Positions 13,569 to 26,800 of a DNA stretch of 64,000 nt are shown piece by piece. The stretch is taken from positions 2,170,001 through 2,234,000 of the forward strand of contig CM097888.1 in the NCBI GenBank assembly GCA_044892525.1, read 5' to 3'. Origin of the DNA: Schmidtea polychroa. Its lineage: Eukaryota. Every line of letters begins with the position of its first letter. The stretch's first letter is position 1. The translations under genes and the position numbers were made by a program. The notes under the pieces were generated by a model that was not told where the DNA came from, searched no databases, and saw only the letters and a list, made by a program, of their open reading frames with translations.

Positions 13569-14863
13569 AATCAGGTTTTTCTTCAGCTTTTATAAGACAG
13601 TGAGGGGTCGCCAAATCAAAATGAATGATAGATAAATATTTATTTCTTGTCGGATTTACTGACTAACTTTGAACATAAATTGTATAAATAATATTTAATA
13701 ATTATTTAAATATTTATTATTAGCAATAAAGGTTATGAGAATAACTTCATTCAAATGTCGGTTAAAACAACCCTTTCACCTACCCATTCGATTAAGATGC
13801 AGCAATGAAAAACTTTTGATTAGTTTAAACAAATTTCTGGTAACGAGTTAGAAACTTTTGTACTAATGAGAGCTATCTCTTGCATATATAATACTGTATA
13901 AGTTCTTCATACGTATCACAACTGAGTGTTCAAATCTCGATGAAATTCTAACCTTTGAACCCAATCATATAATTTATTTCGCATAAGTTTTATCGTCGAC
14001 TAAATATGAAGAAAATATTATGCAGGAATAAATTTGTCTACAGACCTATGATCGTGCAGTACTGAATCTCCATATCCCAATATATTTGTAAATATTTAAA
14101 AACAATGACGAAACTCTTCTCAAATCTTTCTCAGTTCATCAAATAAGTCAGATTAAATTTGCAAGGTAATTCAGGATATGAAAGTCCCGGTTATATATAA
14201 CCATACAGAACCTTATGAATTCATTTGAATGGATATAATCTACCATGTAAAACACAGTAATTAAAATACTATGATTGACGCCATTCCCTCAGTTCTTCAA
14301 TGGTCATACATTTCAAGCATGGTAGTAAAGACAGATTACCCAAGTGGAACTTGGCAGATTAAATTTTTTTGTGTTTTCTAGTCGAGAACGGCTGTAGAGA
14401 TAAGAACGTTTTAATTTAATAATTCGGAAAGTCAAAAAATTAATAAAATTAAGAAATTAAGAATATGTGAATTATATAAATGCAAACATTTGCAAATATG
14501 AAAATGTTTTAATACATTTATATAAATAATGTTATTATTGTCTGATATAACAAAATTTCCAGCCTCAAATTTATTTGAAGGATGCCCTAAATACCCAAGA
14601 CACGTTAACAAATAATATGATTATTAAATTAATTTGACCCCCGTTAGTTATAATTAATATTATTTTAATCATATAAAATAATTTTTGTCATATTTTTATG
14701 ATATTTTTCATCTCATTTTTGAAACTGAAATACAAATTTAATTAATTTATAAATTACAAATAAATAAATTATTATACTTATTTAAAATTGTTTTATTTTT
14801 TCTAGAATTTCAGATTGTTTAAATATTTCGATTTAAATGAACTTGCATTTGATTATTATTTAA

Positions 14864-17800
14864 ATGATGAATAAAATGTTGAATTTGTTATTATTTATTT
14901 ATTTATTTGTTTGTGGCAATTCTGGTGAGCTGGTAATAATTATTTATGCATTAAAATGAGCATTTAGTGAAGCTATTCCTTCCCAATACAAATTTTGCCA
15001 ATAGCAACAATTGGAAGGAAGCTCAAGTGCCATGCTCAGGTAATCATCTGGTATTCCCTAAATGGATTCCCAGAGTCTTCTTCAGTCCTATGTTAACTGG
15101 GCTTCAAGTAATGGATATTGTGAGTACCATGTATGCATGTGTGTGGAGGGTTAAGCTATGATTTGTATAGGATTTCCCTATCAATGGTGAGATTATCCTT
15201 GGTGATTCTCTGACTATCTCAGCATTTCATAATCAGCTGGATGAGTGCGATTCAACTGGTTATATTAGATTAATTATTGTGAAAGCTTTATAGCCATTTG
15301 TTCAGTGTCACATTTCACTAAGGTCACACCTGATCATTGGTATAATCCTTTCAATTGGTGTCAAGCAGATGAGATCAATTGGCAATGCTTACACAAACCC
15401 CAGGTTGAAGCTTCACTGGTTCCGTCAGCTCTAGATCTTGTTGTCTTCCCTAGGAACAGCACATTTTATATTGGAATCAATAATTCAGAGCCTAGAATAT
15501 TAGCACAATCCATATTTTTTNNNNNNNNNNNNNNNNNNNNNNNNNNNNNNNNNNNNNNNNNNNNNNNNNNNNNNNNNNNNNNNNNNNNNNNNNNNNNNNN
15601 NNNNNNNNNNNNNNNNNNNNNNNNNNNNNNNNNNNNNNNNNNNNNNNNNNNNNNNNNNNNNNNNNNNNNNNNNNNNNNNNNNNNNNNNNNNNNNNNNNNN
15701 NNNNNNNNNNNNNNNNNNNNNNNNNNNNNNNNNNNNNNNNNNNNNNNNNNNNNNNNNNNNNNNNNNNNNNNNNNNNNNNNNNNNNNNNNNNNNNNNNNNN
15801 NNNNNNNNNNNNNNNNNNNNNNNNNNNNNNNNNNNNNNNNNNNNNNNNNNNNNNNNNNNNNNNNNNNNNNNNNNNNNNNNNNNNNNNNNNNNNNNNNNNN
15901 NNNNNNNNNNNNNNNNNNNNNNNNNNNNNNNNNNNNNNNNNNNNNNNNNNNNNNNNNNNNNNNNNNATAAGACGCTTTTTTTTCATCACTTTTGGGGATG
16001 ATAATCGTGGTGCGTCTTATACATGGGTATAACAGGAAATATTTTTTCCTACTCAGAAAATTTTCTGAAAACCCGGTATGGGCAAGGGAAATAAAGCATA
16101 AATTAATACAAAATATTTCTTTATTAGTTACAGAATGTTTTTTTCATTACAGAGATCATTATTTTCATCTTCACTTTTTATCAAATTCTCAATCTCAATG
16201 GACTCGTCCACTTCTTCAAACATTAATTCATTTTCCATATCATCATCCTCATTCCCTACATCAGATATATCGTCCTGCCAAATAACATCGTCTTCTGATC
16301 CATCCATAGCATTACTCAAACAACATTTCTTGAATCCTTTGATAATAATTGCCTCAATAACTGCATCCCATGATAATTGAATCCATTTGCAAATAGTTTC
16401 TAAATCAACCTTTCGTCTGTTTCCAGAAGCAGTAAATGATGGAGCTCCAGAAAAAAACCACTCATTCCATCTCTTTCGCATCTCTTGTTTAAATGGCCTA
16501 TTGCAAACTACATCCATAACTTGGAGTTGCCCGGTCATCCCTCCAGGAATAATCACAAGATCTGTTTTGTTTTTTGCCAAAATTTCCTTTACGCATGGCA
16601 TACGGTGGCATCTAAATGCGTCTAATACCAGTAACCTCCTTGAATTTCGAAATTCATCTTTTCTATCATTACACCAAATAGTCTTAATCCAATCCTTAGT
16701 CAACTCCTCATTCATCCATCCATTTTCTTGTGCTTTAACAATCATACCAGCTGGCCAATGAATGTTCTTTGGTAAAGATTTTCTTTTAAAAATTACATAA
16801 GGCGGCATCTTCTTGCCGTCACCATAAGCTCCCAACATAACTGTAAACCGATTCTTTTCGTTGCCTGTAGTTTTAATAGGTACGGACTTGACTCCTTTGA
16901 AATCCAATGTCTGAAATGAAGGTATATCAAAACTTAGTGGAGTCTGATCCCCATTTGCTATGCAACTAATTGGATATTCATGCCTTTTCCTTAAATTTAT
17001 TATATATTTCTGATAGTCGAGCAGCTTATTTTCTACATCATCCGGCAGTCGCTGTGCAATCGAAGTCCTTCTTCTTATAGAAATATCATTCCTTTTCATG
17101 AAGAGCTGGCACCAGCGCGCCGAGGCTTTAAATATTGAACCAGGATACATCTCCTTGACTAACTCTAAAGCCTTCAATCTAACTTCTACAGTGGATATTG
17201 AGGAACCTGAAAATCGCCTTTCATGAACATATTCAACTAATTTTTTCTCCACGTCAGGAAAAAATAATTTCCTCCCTCTGCCAGGGGCCTTTGTAGAGGA
17301 TCTGCACTCTTTTAAAGTATTTTTATTATTTCTCCAATGCCTTACATTAGCTTCACTGAGTCCATATTCTCTAGATGCTCCTCTATTTCCGATACGTTCG
17401 GCTGCTTCAATTACCATCAATTTGAAACCTGTCGTATAACTGCAGCGTTTAGAAGACATTATAGGGAAATAAAAATTTAAATTTAAGTAACTGAAATTTT
17501 AATTTTAAACAAAAAATAAATTTAATGTAATATAAATTTAATGTAATATAAATTTAATGTAATATAAATTTAATGTAATATAAATTTAATGTAATAATTA
17601 TACATGCGTCTTATATTTGGGTTACTTATATTTTCTTGAATTCAGTCAATTTTTAATGATGCGTCTTATATTGGATGCGTCTTATATNNNNNNNNNNNNN
17701 NNNNNNNNNNNNNNNNNNNNNNNNNNNNNNNNNNNNNNNNNNNNNNNNNNNNNNNNNNNNNNNNNNNNNNNNNNNNNNNNNNNNNNNNNNNNNNNNNNNN

Positions 17801-20800
17801 NNNNNNNNNNNNNNNNNNNNNNNNNNNNNNNNNNNNNNNNNNNNNNNNNNNNNNNNNNNNNNNNNNNNNNNNNNNNNNNNNNNNNNNNNNNNNNNNNNNN
17901 NNNNNNNNNNNNNNNNNNNNNNNNNNNNNNNNNNNNNNNNNNNNNNNNNNNNNNNNNNNNNNNNNNNNNNNNNNNNNNNNNNNNNNNNNNNNNNNNNNNN
18001 NNNNNNNNNNNNNNNNNNNNNNNNNNNNNNNNNNNNNNNNNNNNNNNNNNNNNNNNNNNNNNNNNNNNNNNNNNNNNNNNNNNNNNNNNNNNNNNNNNNN
18101 NNNNNNNNNNNNNNNNNNNNNNNNNNNNNNNNNNNNNNNNNNNNNNNNNNNNNNNNNNNNNNNNNNNNNNNNNNNNNNNNNNNNNNNNNNNNNNNNNNNN
18201 NNNNNNNNNNNNNNNNNNNNNNNNNNNNNNNNNNNNNNNNNNNNNNNNNNNNNNNNNNNNNNNNNNNNNNNNNNNNNNNNNNNNNNNNNNNNNNNNNNNN
18301 NNNNNNNNNNNNNNNNNNNNNNNNNNNNNNNNNNNNNNNNNNNNNNNNNNNNNNNNNNNNNNNNNNNNNNNNNNNNNNNNNNNNNNNNNNNNNNNNNNNN
18401 NNNNNNNNNNNNNNNNNNNNNNNNNNNNNNNNNNNNNNNNNNNNNNNNNNNNNNNNNNNNNNNNNNNNNNNNNNNNNNNNNNNNNNAGATCTTATCAATT
18501 TCAACAAAAAATCAAAAAAACCTTTACAAGAAAATTTGTGGAATTTGTCGACATAAATTCTTCATACCCTCCGCAGGTCGAGATTCAGGGAAATAAATGC
18601 AAAAAAGATTATTGTGTTGTTAACAGCAATTTGCAGGTTAAATCTTTGTTTTACTCATTTGTTTCAATGATATTATAAATTTTATAATTTATATAATTTG
18701 CTTTCAACAAGTTCTACTTACTTTAAATGTTTTCTTTTATTATTTCAAACTGTTAAACTATCAGAAGGATTGGAGGAAATGTGGCTGACCTCTAGTCAAT
18801 TTTAATCATATTATACAAGATGGTAATGAACTTGATTGGGTGCCAAATGATAAATATGTGCCGAAATCAAAAATTAATCCCATATAAAGGGCCGATCGGA
18901 GCCCAGTGCAAATGGTGAGATTACACAGGGCCCGGCGTCGTTCTCATTTTTAAATAAAATTTTATTAATAAATTATTTTTCTTATTTGATTTTGAAAAAT
19001 TTACCATAAATAACTTTATAATAATTTCAAAGATAATTAATTATATTAATAACAGTATAATATGAATATATGTGAGACAAGATAAATCCCTGTGTAGAAT
19101 TGATATTATAATATATCAAGTATTTCTATGTAAACAATCATAAATAAATAAATATAAATAAATATGTCATAATAATAATAAAGGTTTTTGATTATGATGA
19201 TAATTTCATTTTTAATAATTTAAATATTTTACTTTCTATTCTGAATGTAATAAATAACAAATTGCAATAAATTATTATTTCTTGTAAGAAATTTCTTTCA
19301 ATGTCTCGCTAGGAAACTTAGCATGCAAACCAAATAATAAATTTTTAATTTTCCAAATAAGAAATCCCAACAACCAATGAAATGCTTCCAAATAAGAAAT
19401 CCCAACAACCAATGAAATGCTTCCAAATAAGAAATCCCAANNNNNNNNNNNNNNNNNNNNNNNNNNNNNNNNNNNNNNNNNNNNNNNNNNNNNNNNNNNN
19501 NNNNNNNNNNNNNNNNNNNNNNNNNNNNNNNNNNNNNNNNNNNNNNNNNNNNNNNNNNNNNNNNNNNNNNNNNNNNNNCAATGTTGATAGTAATTTATTC
19601 ATTGACAGAGAATGGATACGATATGCAAATACGTGACGTGCCAACAACCGAAATGCGGCCAACGCGTGAAACCGAAAGGCAGCTGTTGCGATATATGCGG
19701 TAATTCTATATTATTGTTAGTTTATTAGAATAAATGAATAATTAATTATTCTTTATTAATTCAATTAATGTCGGGCCGATTGTAAATTTATTGATTGAAA
19801 TAATTATTATTATTATGTGTGTTTGGGTTTCCCGGGATATTTTCCCCATTATACATGCAACAATTTCCTATTAATATTGTTTTCATATGCCTAACATTTA
19901 ACGGTTCCTTAGTAGTGACTCTTGCTGTTATTTTGTGTTCATAAATATTCAAAGTTCTTATTCATGGAACTCCTGAATATCTTTCTATAGCCTTCCAGTT
20001 TGCAGCTAGTAAACAGAGCGATTTGAAAAATTTAAGGCATACAAATGCTTGTGTTTCTCCAGTTCTGGGATCAAGATAGAACATTTCTAATAACAATAAT
20101 AATAATAATAATCCTTATCCTTTATCATCACAGTTAATTCAGCCTGGGGGGGCAGTGAATTTGATTCAAAATGGCCTCAATTGACTGTTATAAAAAGAAT
20201 TGCTAAAATGATTAAGTAATAATTTATTCTTTAAATAAATTCCTAAATCAAATAAAAAATAAAGCTGGTTTACATTTTTCAACTTAAAATAATTTGATTG
20301 GATGAAAAGTTTCAACCAATCACAATTTAGCCGCTATTCCAATAACATGAAAACAGTTTTTCCCCGCCACATCAGGAATATTTATTTAAAGAAATAATTT
20401 TATTTTCTCTTTCTCAAAGTAATTATTAAGAATCATTTGTCAAATGTATTAGTTGATATGTTTTGTCATCGGCAGTCTTCTTTCCTTGAATATCAAAAAC
20501 GAAATATGTTTAATACAGGCAAAGGAACGCAAATATTTATCTTATATCTTATATAATTGTATAGAATATCAGGGGCGTAACAAGGGCGCAAAAGTGGGAC
20601 GTAACATTTTTTTAATGTTACCAAAAATTATAAATAAAAAAATATCAAATGGCCAGCACTAAAAAACGACACCCTAGCTAGCATATCTTTAACATTACTG
20701 GTTGGACTGGTCCATTAGCGTGCCTTCGTAGGTGTGTGTTTTGTAAAATGTTATAATAGCTGGAGATGAATACATAGTTAACAATCTTAACATGAACATT

Positions 20801-23800
20801 ATAATTATTATAGCAGGCTGTTTTGAATTCTCGTGTTGGGGGCGCCAGATATCTGAACCACACAGGGCGCAATAATGTCTTGTTACGGCCCTGTGAAATA
20901 TTTTCCATATAAAAGGCTGATAAAATGTTTCTAACATAAAAGCTGCTTTCTAAAATACAAAGTTATTTTTAATTTCTGTTTTGCAGGTCACTTATTAACT
21001 GTTGGGTTACTAAATAAGTCGCATAAGACCAAAATAGGAGACTGGTTAAACAAGTATCTAAATTCTCAATTCCAGGTAAATAAATAATTGTTTATTTGTG
21101 TCTGATGAGGAGCTTAGGAGAAAATAATATTTGATGTGCTCGCGGTGGAAATAACGAATTTTCAGTTGACAATTTCTCCATTGATAACTGATGAGGAACA
21201 ATTTGATAAAATTATTATGGAAATTATAGAAAATATTCAATCAAGTAAAATATTATTTTTTATTCATTTTGCAATATAAATAAATGCTAAAAGTTCGTTT
21301 TCTGTTCATTTAGTTACTCATTACCAGTGGCGTAACTAGTGGACGCGGGACCCTGCGTTGCGGGGGCCCAAAATTATTACTAAAAAAATATTTACAATCA
21401 TTTTCTGAAACTTTTTTCCCGCAGTTATATTTGCCTACAAACATAAAACTATCATTGAATAGCGGCTGCTGTGAATAACTGTGTATTAAACTTTAACCGA
21501 AAAATTTAAATGGAAATATTTTACATTGCCCAAATTTTGAAGTTCTGCCACTGCTCATTACCCCCTAATTCTCTTTTCTGCATTATTGCAGGTTTTCTTA
21601 TTTTGTCAGTAAATATATTTTCATTTACATAAGGGCTCCAAACTTAATTTAATCCATTTTAATTTTATTAAATCCTTATTAAGTTTTATGGAAATACAAG
21701 AATGGAAATACATTTAGAAAAATCACTAATAATGAAAGAGGATTAATTATATGAAAACATAACGCATGAAAATATGCCAAGCTAATTCCCAATGAGTTAG
21801 AATTAAATGTAAAAACAGTAACATAAATAATTAGGTTATTTAAGAAGGCGGGCTGCGAGACAACGAACAGCGCCACTAATAACGGAAAAGGCAAAAAGTT
21901 ATATAAGGTCTGAAATCGATAGAGATATTTCCATTACTCTACAGCAGTGATTCTCAGCCTTTTTTTGTTGCGGCACACTTAACGATTTCAAAATTTTGGG
22001 GCACACAAAAGTTTTTATAATACACGTTGGCGTGTGCATCAGTGAATATGACTCACCATTTATGAGAAAATGAAGTTATTTACTTCATTTATTCAATTCT
22101 ATAAATGGTTTTCAAGTAAGTTTTTTAAATTTAAGTAACTTCTAAGGCTTGAATTTTGATTTTATATAATTATGAGATCATTTCTCGGCACAATAGTTAA
22201 GAATCACTGCTACAGGCTTTAAAAACAAAAGTTTTAAATGAATTCAACATTGATTGTTCTTTACCAACAAAAGATTGGTGTTATTGGTATAAGGGCGAAT
22301 GATAAATAAATATTATAACCTTTTGTGTAATAAAATGTCAAAATTTATATGGATTAAATTAAGTAGTGTGTATATATACCCAACCCAAACAGCCCTCCCA
22401 ACAAAAACATACCTCCATTACGCTTAAACCATTAGAAAAACAACATAAAACCTATGCTTTTATAGTATTTTAACCCCATATTTTAAACAACAACCACCCT
22501 TAATCTTTAAAGCCTCAAACTCAAAAGCTTCAAACTAAAAAGAGAATAGAAAAGAAAATGGCATTATGAAAAAGTTAGAGGGCTATTTGGGATAGGGCTA
22601 TATACACACTACTTTTGATCGCAATCAAACTCCGGAGTTGATCTTTATTGATTTTAAATTATATAAATTAAAAAATAAATGAAAAATAGTAAAACTGCTC
22701 TGAGGGGACAGTGGTATTTTTTTTTTCACTGTCCCCTCAACAGTTTTTTTTGATCCGGATCATTTTTTTATTTATCAACCTCTTTCGTTTATCAAATCTC
22801 TTCCAATATACAAGCTGGCCAGACTCATACATCAGAATCAATTCGATAATAGCAGCACACCTTATTATTCGCTTCTCGCTCGAATACGATTTCATCGGCG
22901 TTTTAAGTGTGCTGCTCGAAAGTACAAATGAATTCGAAAGTGAATTCGAAAGAGGTCCGAAAACAACTGAGAAATAAATGTGCACATTAAAGAATCGATC
23001 CGGGGGTGTTCGAAAGACAGGTGGCGATAATTACCGGTTCGCCACCATCACCCGTTTCAATAATTTTTTTTTCATATTTATGTTTAAAAAATAAAATAAA
23101 ATAAAATAAATAAAATAAAATAAAAATAAATAAAATATACAACTACTTTATAAATCTAAGATACCCACACCATTTTCAATATTATTTTAAAATTTTTAAT
23201 ATTATTTTATGTTGAAAAAAAACTAACCACAGTTAGGATTTGAACCGCTAGCATTTTGAACCACTGTGCCAGTCTAGCCCACTGCGCTATCTAGGTTTGG
23301 ATTTTTCTCATTTTTTAGACTATAAATAATCGATTCAAGTTCTTTAACTCTTTCCTGTAATTATTTCATTTTCTTCAATCTTATATCAGCAACATCTACA
23401 GCCTTCATATAAAAATGTCGATACTTTTCATTATCTACCATCAACTCTTTGATGTATTCTAATGGTTCTTCTTCTCTTCTTTTCATTCTCTTATGTTTAA
23501 CTTCATTCAATTCATTTCTCATTCTTTCTTTTAACTCATCCATTTTTATAAATATTTTTTTTATTGGATATATTAATTTTTGGTAGCTTAAGTTAAAACG
23601 TTTTTGATCTTAAATTTCCAAGAGTTGCCGTTGACCAATCTCCTTAAAAATTTGTACAAGTACTAAATCGAGTATGCTGATCAATATTTCGTTTAAAAAA
23701 ATATTTGAAAAATAATTGACCGAAATGGGATTTGAACCCATTGGTATTGGCAATGCAGTCGAGTGCTATTACCACTAAGCTATACTCAATATAAAATAAG

Positions 23801-26800
23801 TTGTTAATGTGTGACTATTTATTGATGAAATTAATAATTAATTATTCATTTTCTCGACAACTACCACTCAGATCCATCTGAAAATTTAAATATATACTAA
23901 AATCAGTAAGCTGAATCAGATTCCGTTGAAAAAAAATATCGAAAAAAATTGACCAAAATCGAAAATTGAACCCGGTACTCCCGGTGATAAAATTGAAGCC
24001 TATTCCCACTCCGCTATAATGGCTTACATAATATATTTAATTAATCCTATTGTGTGTGTGTAAATTTTATTATATAAAAATGAATAATATAAATCTTAAA
24101 ATTCAAGAAAAAAATAAATTAAATCTTGATTATAATAAAGAATTTACTCATGAAATCAAGAAAAATGATGTACTTAAAATATCCCCTACGTCAGGATCTA
24201 TTGCAAACTTAAATCGTAGGGGTGATATAGTTTTTCAATCTCTTCAAACATCAAACCCAATAGATATTTGTAATGCTAAATTATATTATAAAATCGAATT
24301 AGAAATTGAAGCAAACAAAGATATAACCCTAGAAAATAATTTCTTTCCAAATTTATTCTCCAACATGAGATTAAAACTAGGATCATCAGAAATTGAAACT
24401 GTTTTGCATCCGGGAGTATATTCTACAATGTTAAATTTTATTTTGACTGGTTGTGATTATAAAAACGAATATGGTGAATTAACAGGTTGGATTCCTGATG
24501 TTAATAAAGGAGATTTAGATAAAGATGGTTTAGATATAAATTATGGTTATTATAAAAGAGCTGAACTTTATAAATCTAAAAAATTTGAAGGTTATTTTGA
24601 ATTAAAACACTTGTTTGGATTCCTTCAAAACTATAATCGTATACTTCATAATGTTTTTATAGAATTAGTTTGTAATAGAGTAGAAGGTGATAAAAGATTG
24701 TTCTATGGAGCTGCAGATACAAAAGCTAAATTAAAATTATCAACACTTGAATTGCATATACCTGAATGGACATTAAACCCACATTCTGAAATCAAACTCC
24801 TTGAAAGATTAAATTCCAACAAGTCTATAAATGTAAATTATTTAAATAGAATCTGTAGTGAATTTAGTATGACAGAGGGTTCAACATATTCTATAAAGGT
24901 AGCAAATTTAGCATACCGACCAAGGTATATCTTGATTGGATTCAAAGAAGTAGATTCATCTTTCCAAAAAAATAACAATCTATTTATTCAAAAGATTGGA
25001 GATGATAATTTAAAAACAATCCAAATTCAATTAAATAGTTCTTATTATCCAATAAATAGAATGGAATTTAATATTGAAAATAATGAAAACATATTCCCAT
25101 ATCTAAATTATATTGAAACATGTTATGATTTCAAAGTTGAACCACAATTAAGTTTAGAAGATTTCAAAAATTTATATTCTATATTTTGTATAAATGTATC
25201 AGATCAAGATGATAGATTAGCCATAAATAATGTTGATGTTACACTTCATGTAACAAAGGATTCTAATTTCAAAGCTAAAGTATATACATTAATATTAGAA
25301 GAAAAGAAAATAGAAATGAAATTATATGGTGGAAAGATTTCAATTATTGAAAATGTTAGGGGAGATTCTTGATATAATCCCTGATATTTTAACATTTTAA
25401 AATGTCTCTAAATAAATATTGGAGATGTGAAAGTTGTAATTGTCAAGTTACAAGACATCATAAAGCAAGTCATTTAAAAACTAAAAAACATACAGGAGGT
25501 GATCTAATTCCACGAGCTGGAGGTGATTTGCAATCTTCAAAAACAACATCTTCAATATTAAAACCTTTTACTACAGAAAAATATCCAGGTGAAAAACATT
25601 TATTTAAACACAATTATACTGGGCCAGGAACAAGATTAGATATTAGATTAGATTAGATGAAAATAATAATCCCAAACAAGGAGAAGAACCAACAAATAGA
25701 ATTGATCAAGCAGCTTTAAAACATGATATTGCTTACAATTCAGAAGATCTTAAAGATAGACATGTTGCAGATGTTAATTTAATACATGATTTAAATAATA
25801 TACAAAATCCATCAACCCAAGAAAAGATTCAAAGAGCTCTAGTTAAATTAGCAATGAAAGGTAAGATTTTCATAGGCTTAGGACACAGTCCGATCGCCAT
25901 GGGTGCAAGACTTCCTAAGAAAGCAAAAGATGTTGCTAATAAAAAGATTATTGAACAAGCAGATGCTGAAAGATCCCTCGAGAATATATCCAAGACTAGT
26001 TTATTAACCCCAACAGAATCACAAATAAAATATGCCAACGAATTACACCATGAATTTAGAAAAAATAAAAAATATTTAAAAGTTCAAGTACATGAAAAAG
26101 ATCAAACATGGTCTGCTGATTTAGTCTTTATGCCAACCAAATCATCAGACCCTGAAAAATATAAAATAATTTTAACAGTAATAGATTTATATACAAGATT
26201 TGCCTTTGCAAGGTGTTTAGAAAATAAAACAGGATATTCCATTACAGAAGCATTTGAAAATATATTTGAAGAACATCAAAGAATTCCAAAATATTTATGG
26301 TGTGATAAAGGAACAGAATTTTATAACAAAGTTTTTACAAAGTTTTTAAATGAAAATGATATTAAATTATATTCAACAGAAAACGAAGGAAAAGCAGTCG
26401 TAGTTGAAAGATTAAATAGAACATTAAAAAATAAAATGTGGAAATATTTTACTGCTATTGGAAAACAAAAATGGAACAATGAATTGTTACAAAAGATTGT
26501 AAATGAATATAATAATGATGTACATAGTTCTATAAAATTAACACCTTTAAATGCTTCCTTGAATCCTTTGGAACTCATAAATCCTGTTGAAAATGATGTT
26601 ATTGAAAAACCAAAGTTTAAAATTGGTGACCGAGTAAGAATATTTAAATATAAAAATAAATTTGAAAAAGGATTCACAGCAAAATGGACAAATGAAATTT
26701 TTATTATAAATAAAATACATTATACAACCCCAATAACATATAGCATCATTGATTTAAATAATGAAAAAATATTAGGTAGATTTTATAATAATGAGTTACA

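Larger units (their letters stand above)
15967..17687 (-). mobile_element. pogo-family DNA transposon; ends hidden in flanking N-gaps
   Basis: Inverted subterminal motifs ATAAGACGC (15967) and GCGTCTTAT (three copies, 17606-17685) flank an intact transposase. Confidence 0.85.

Noticed and set aside
19900-20220. Further AMN internal exons (also 42715-42797)
   Set aside because: The sequence looks coding, but I could not fix splice sites and phase unambiguously, so the exons are not listed individually.
22362-22613. Independent Polinton-derived MITE
   Set aside because: No 6-bp target-site duplication (AAATTA vs TTTGAT); kept only as a candidate terminus.
23215-24023. Bona fide tRNA genes
   Set aside because: Anticodon and acceptor stems do not pair; only the promoter boxes, one T-arm and the terminators are convincing.
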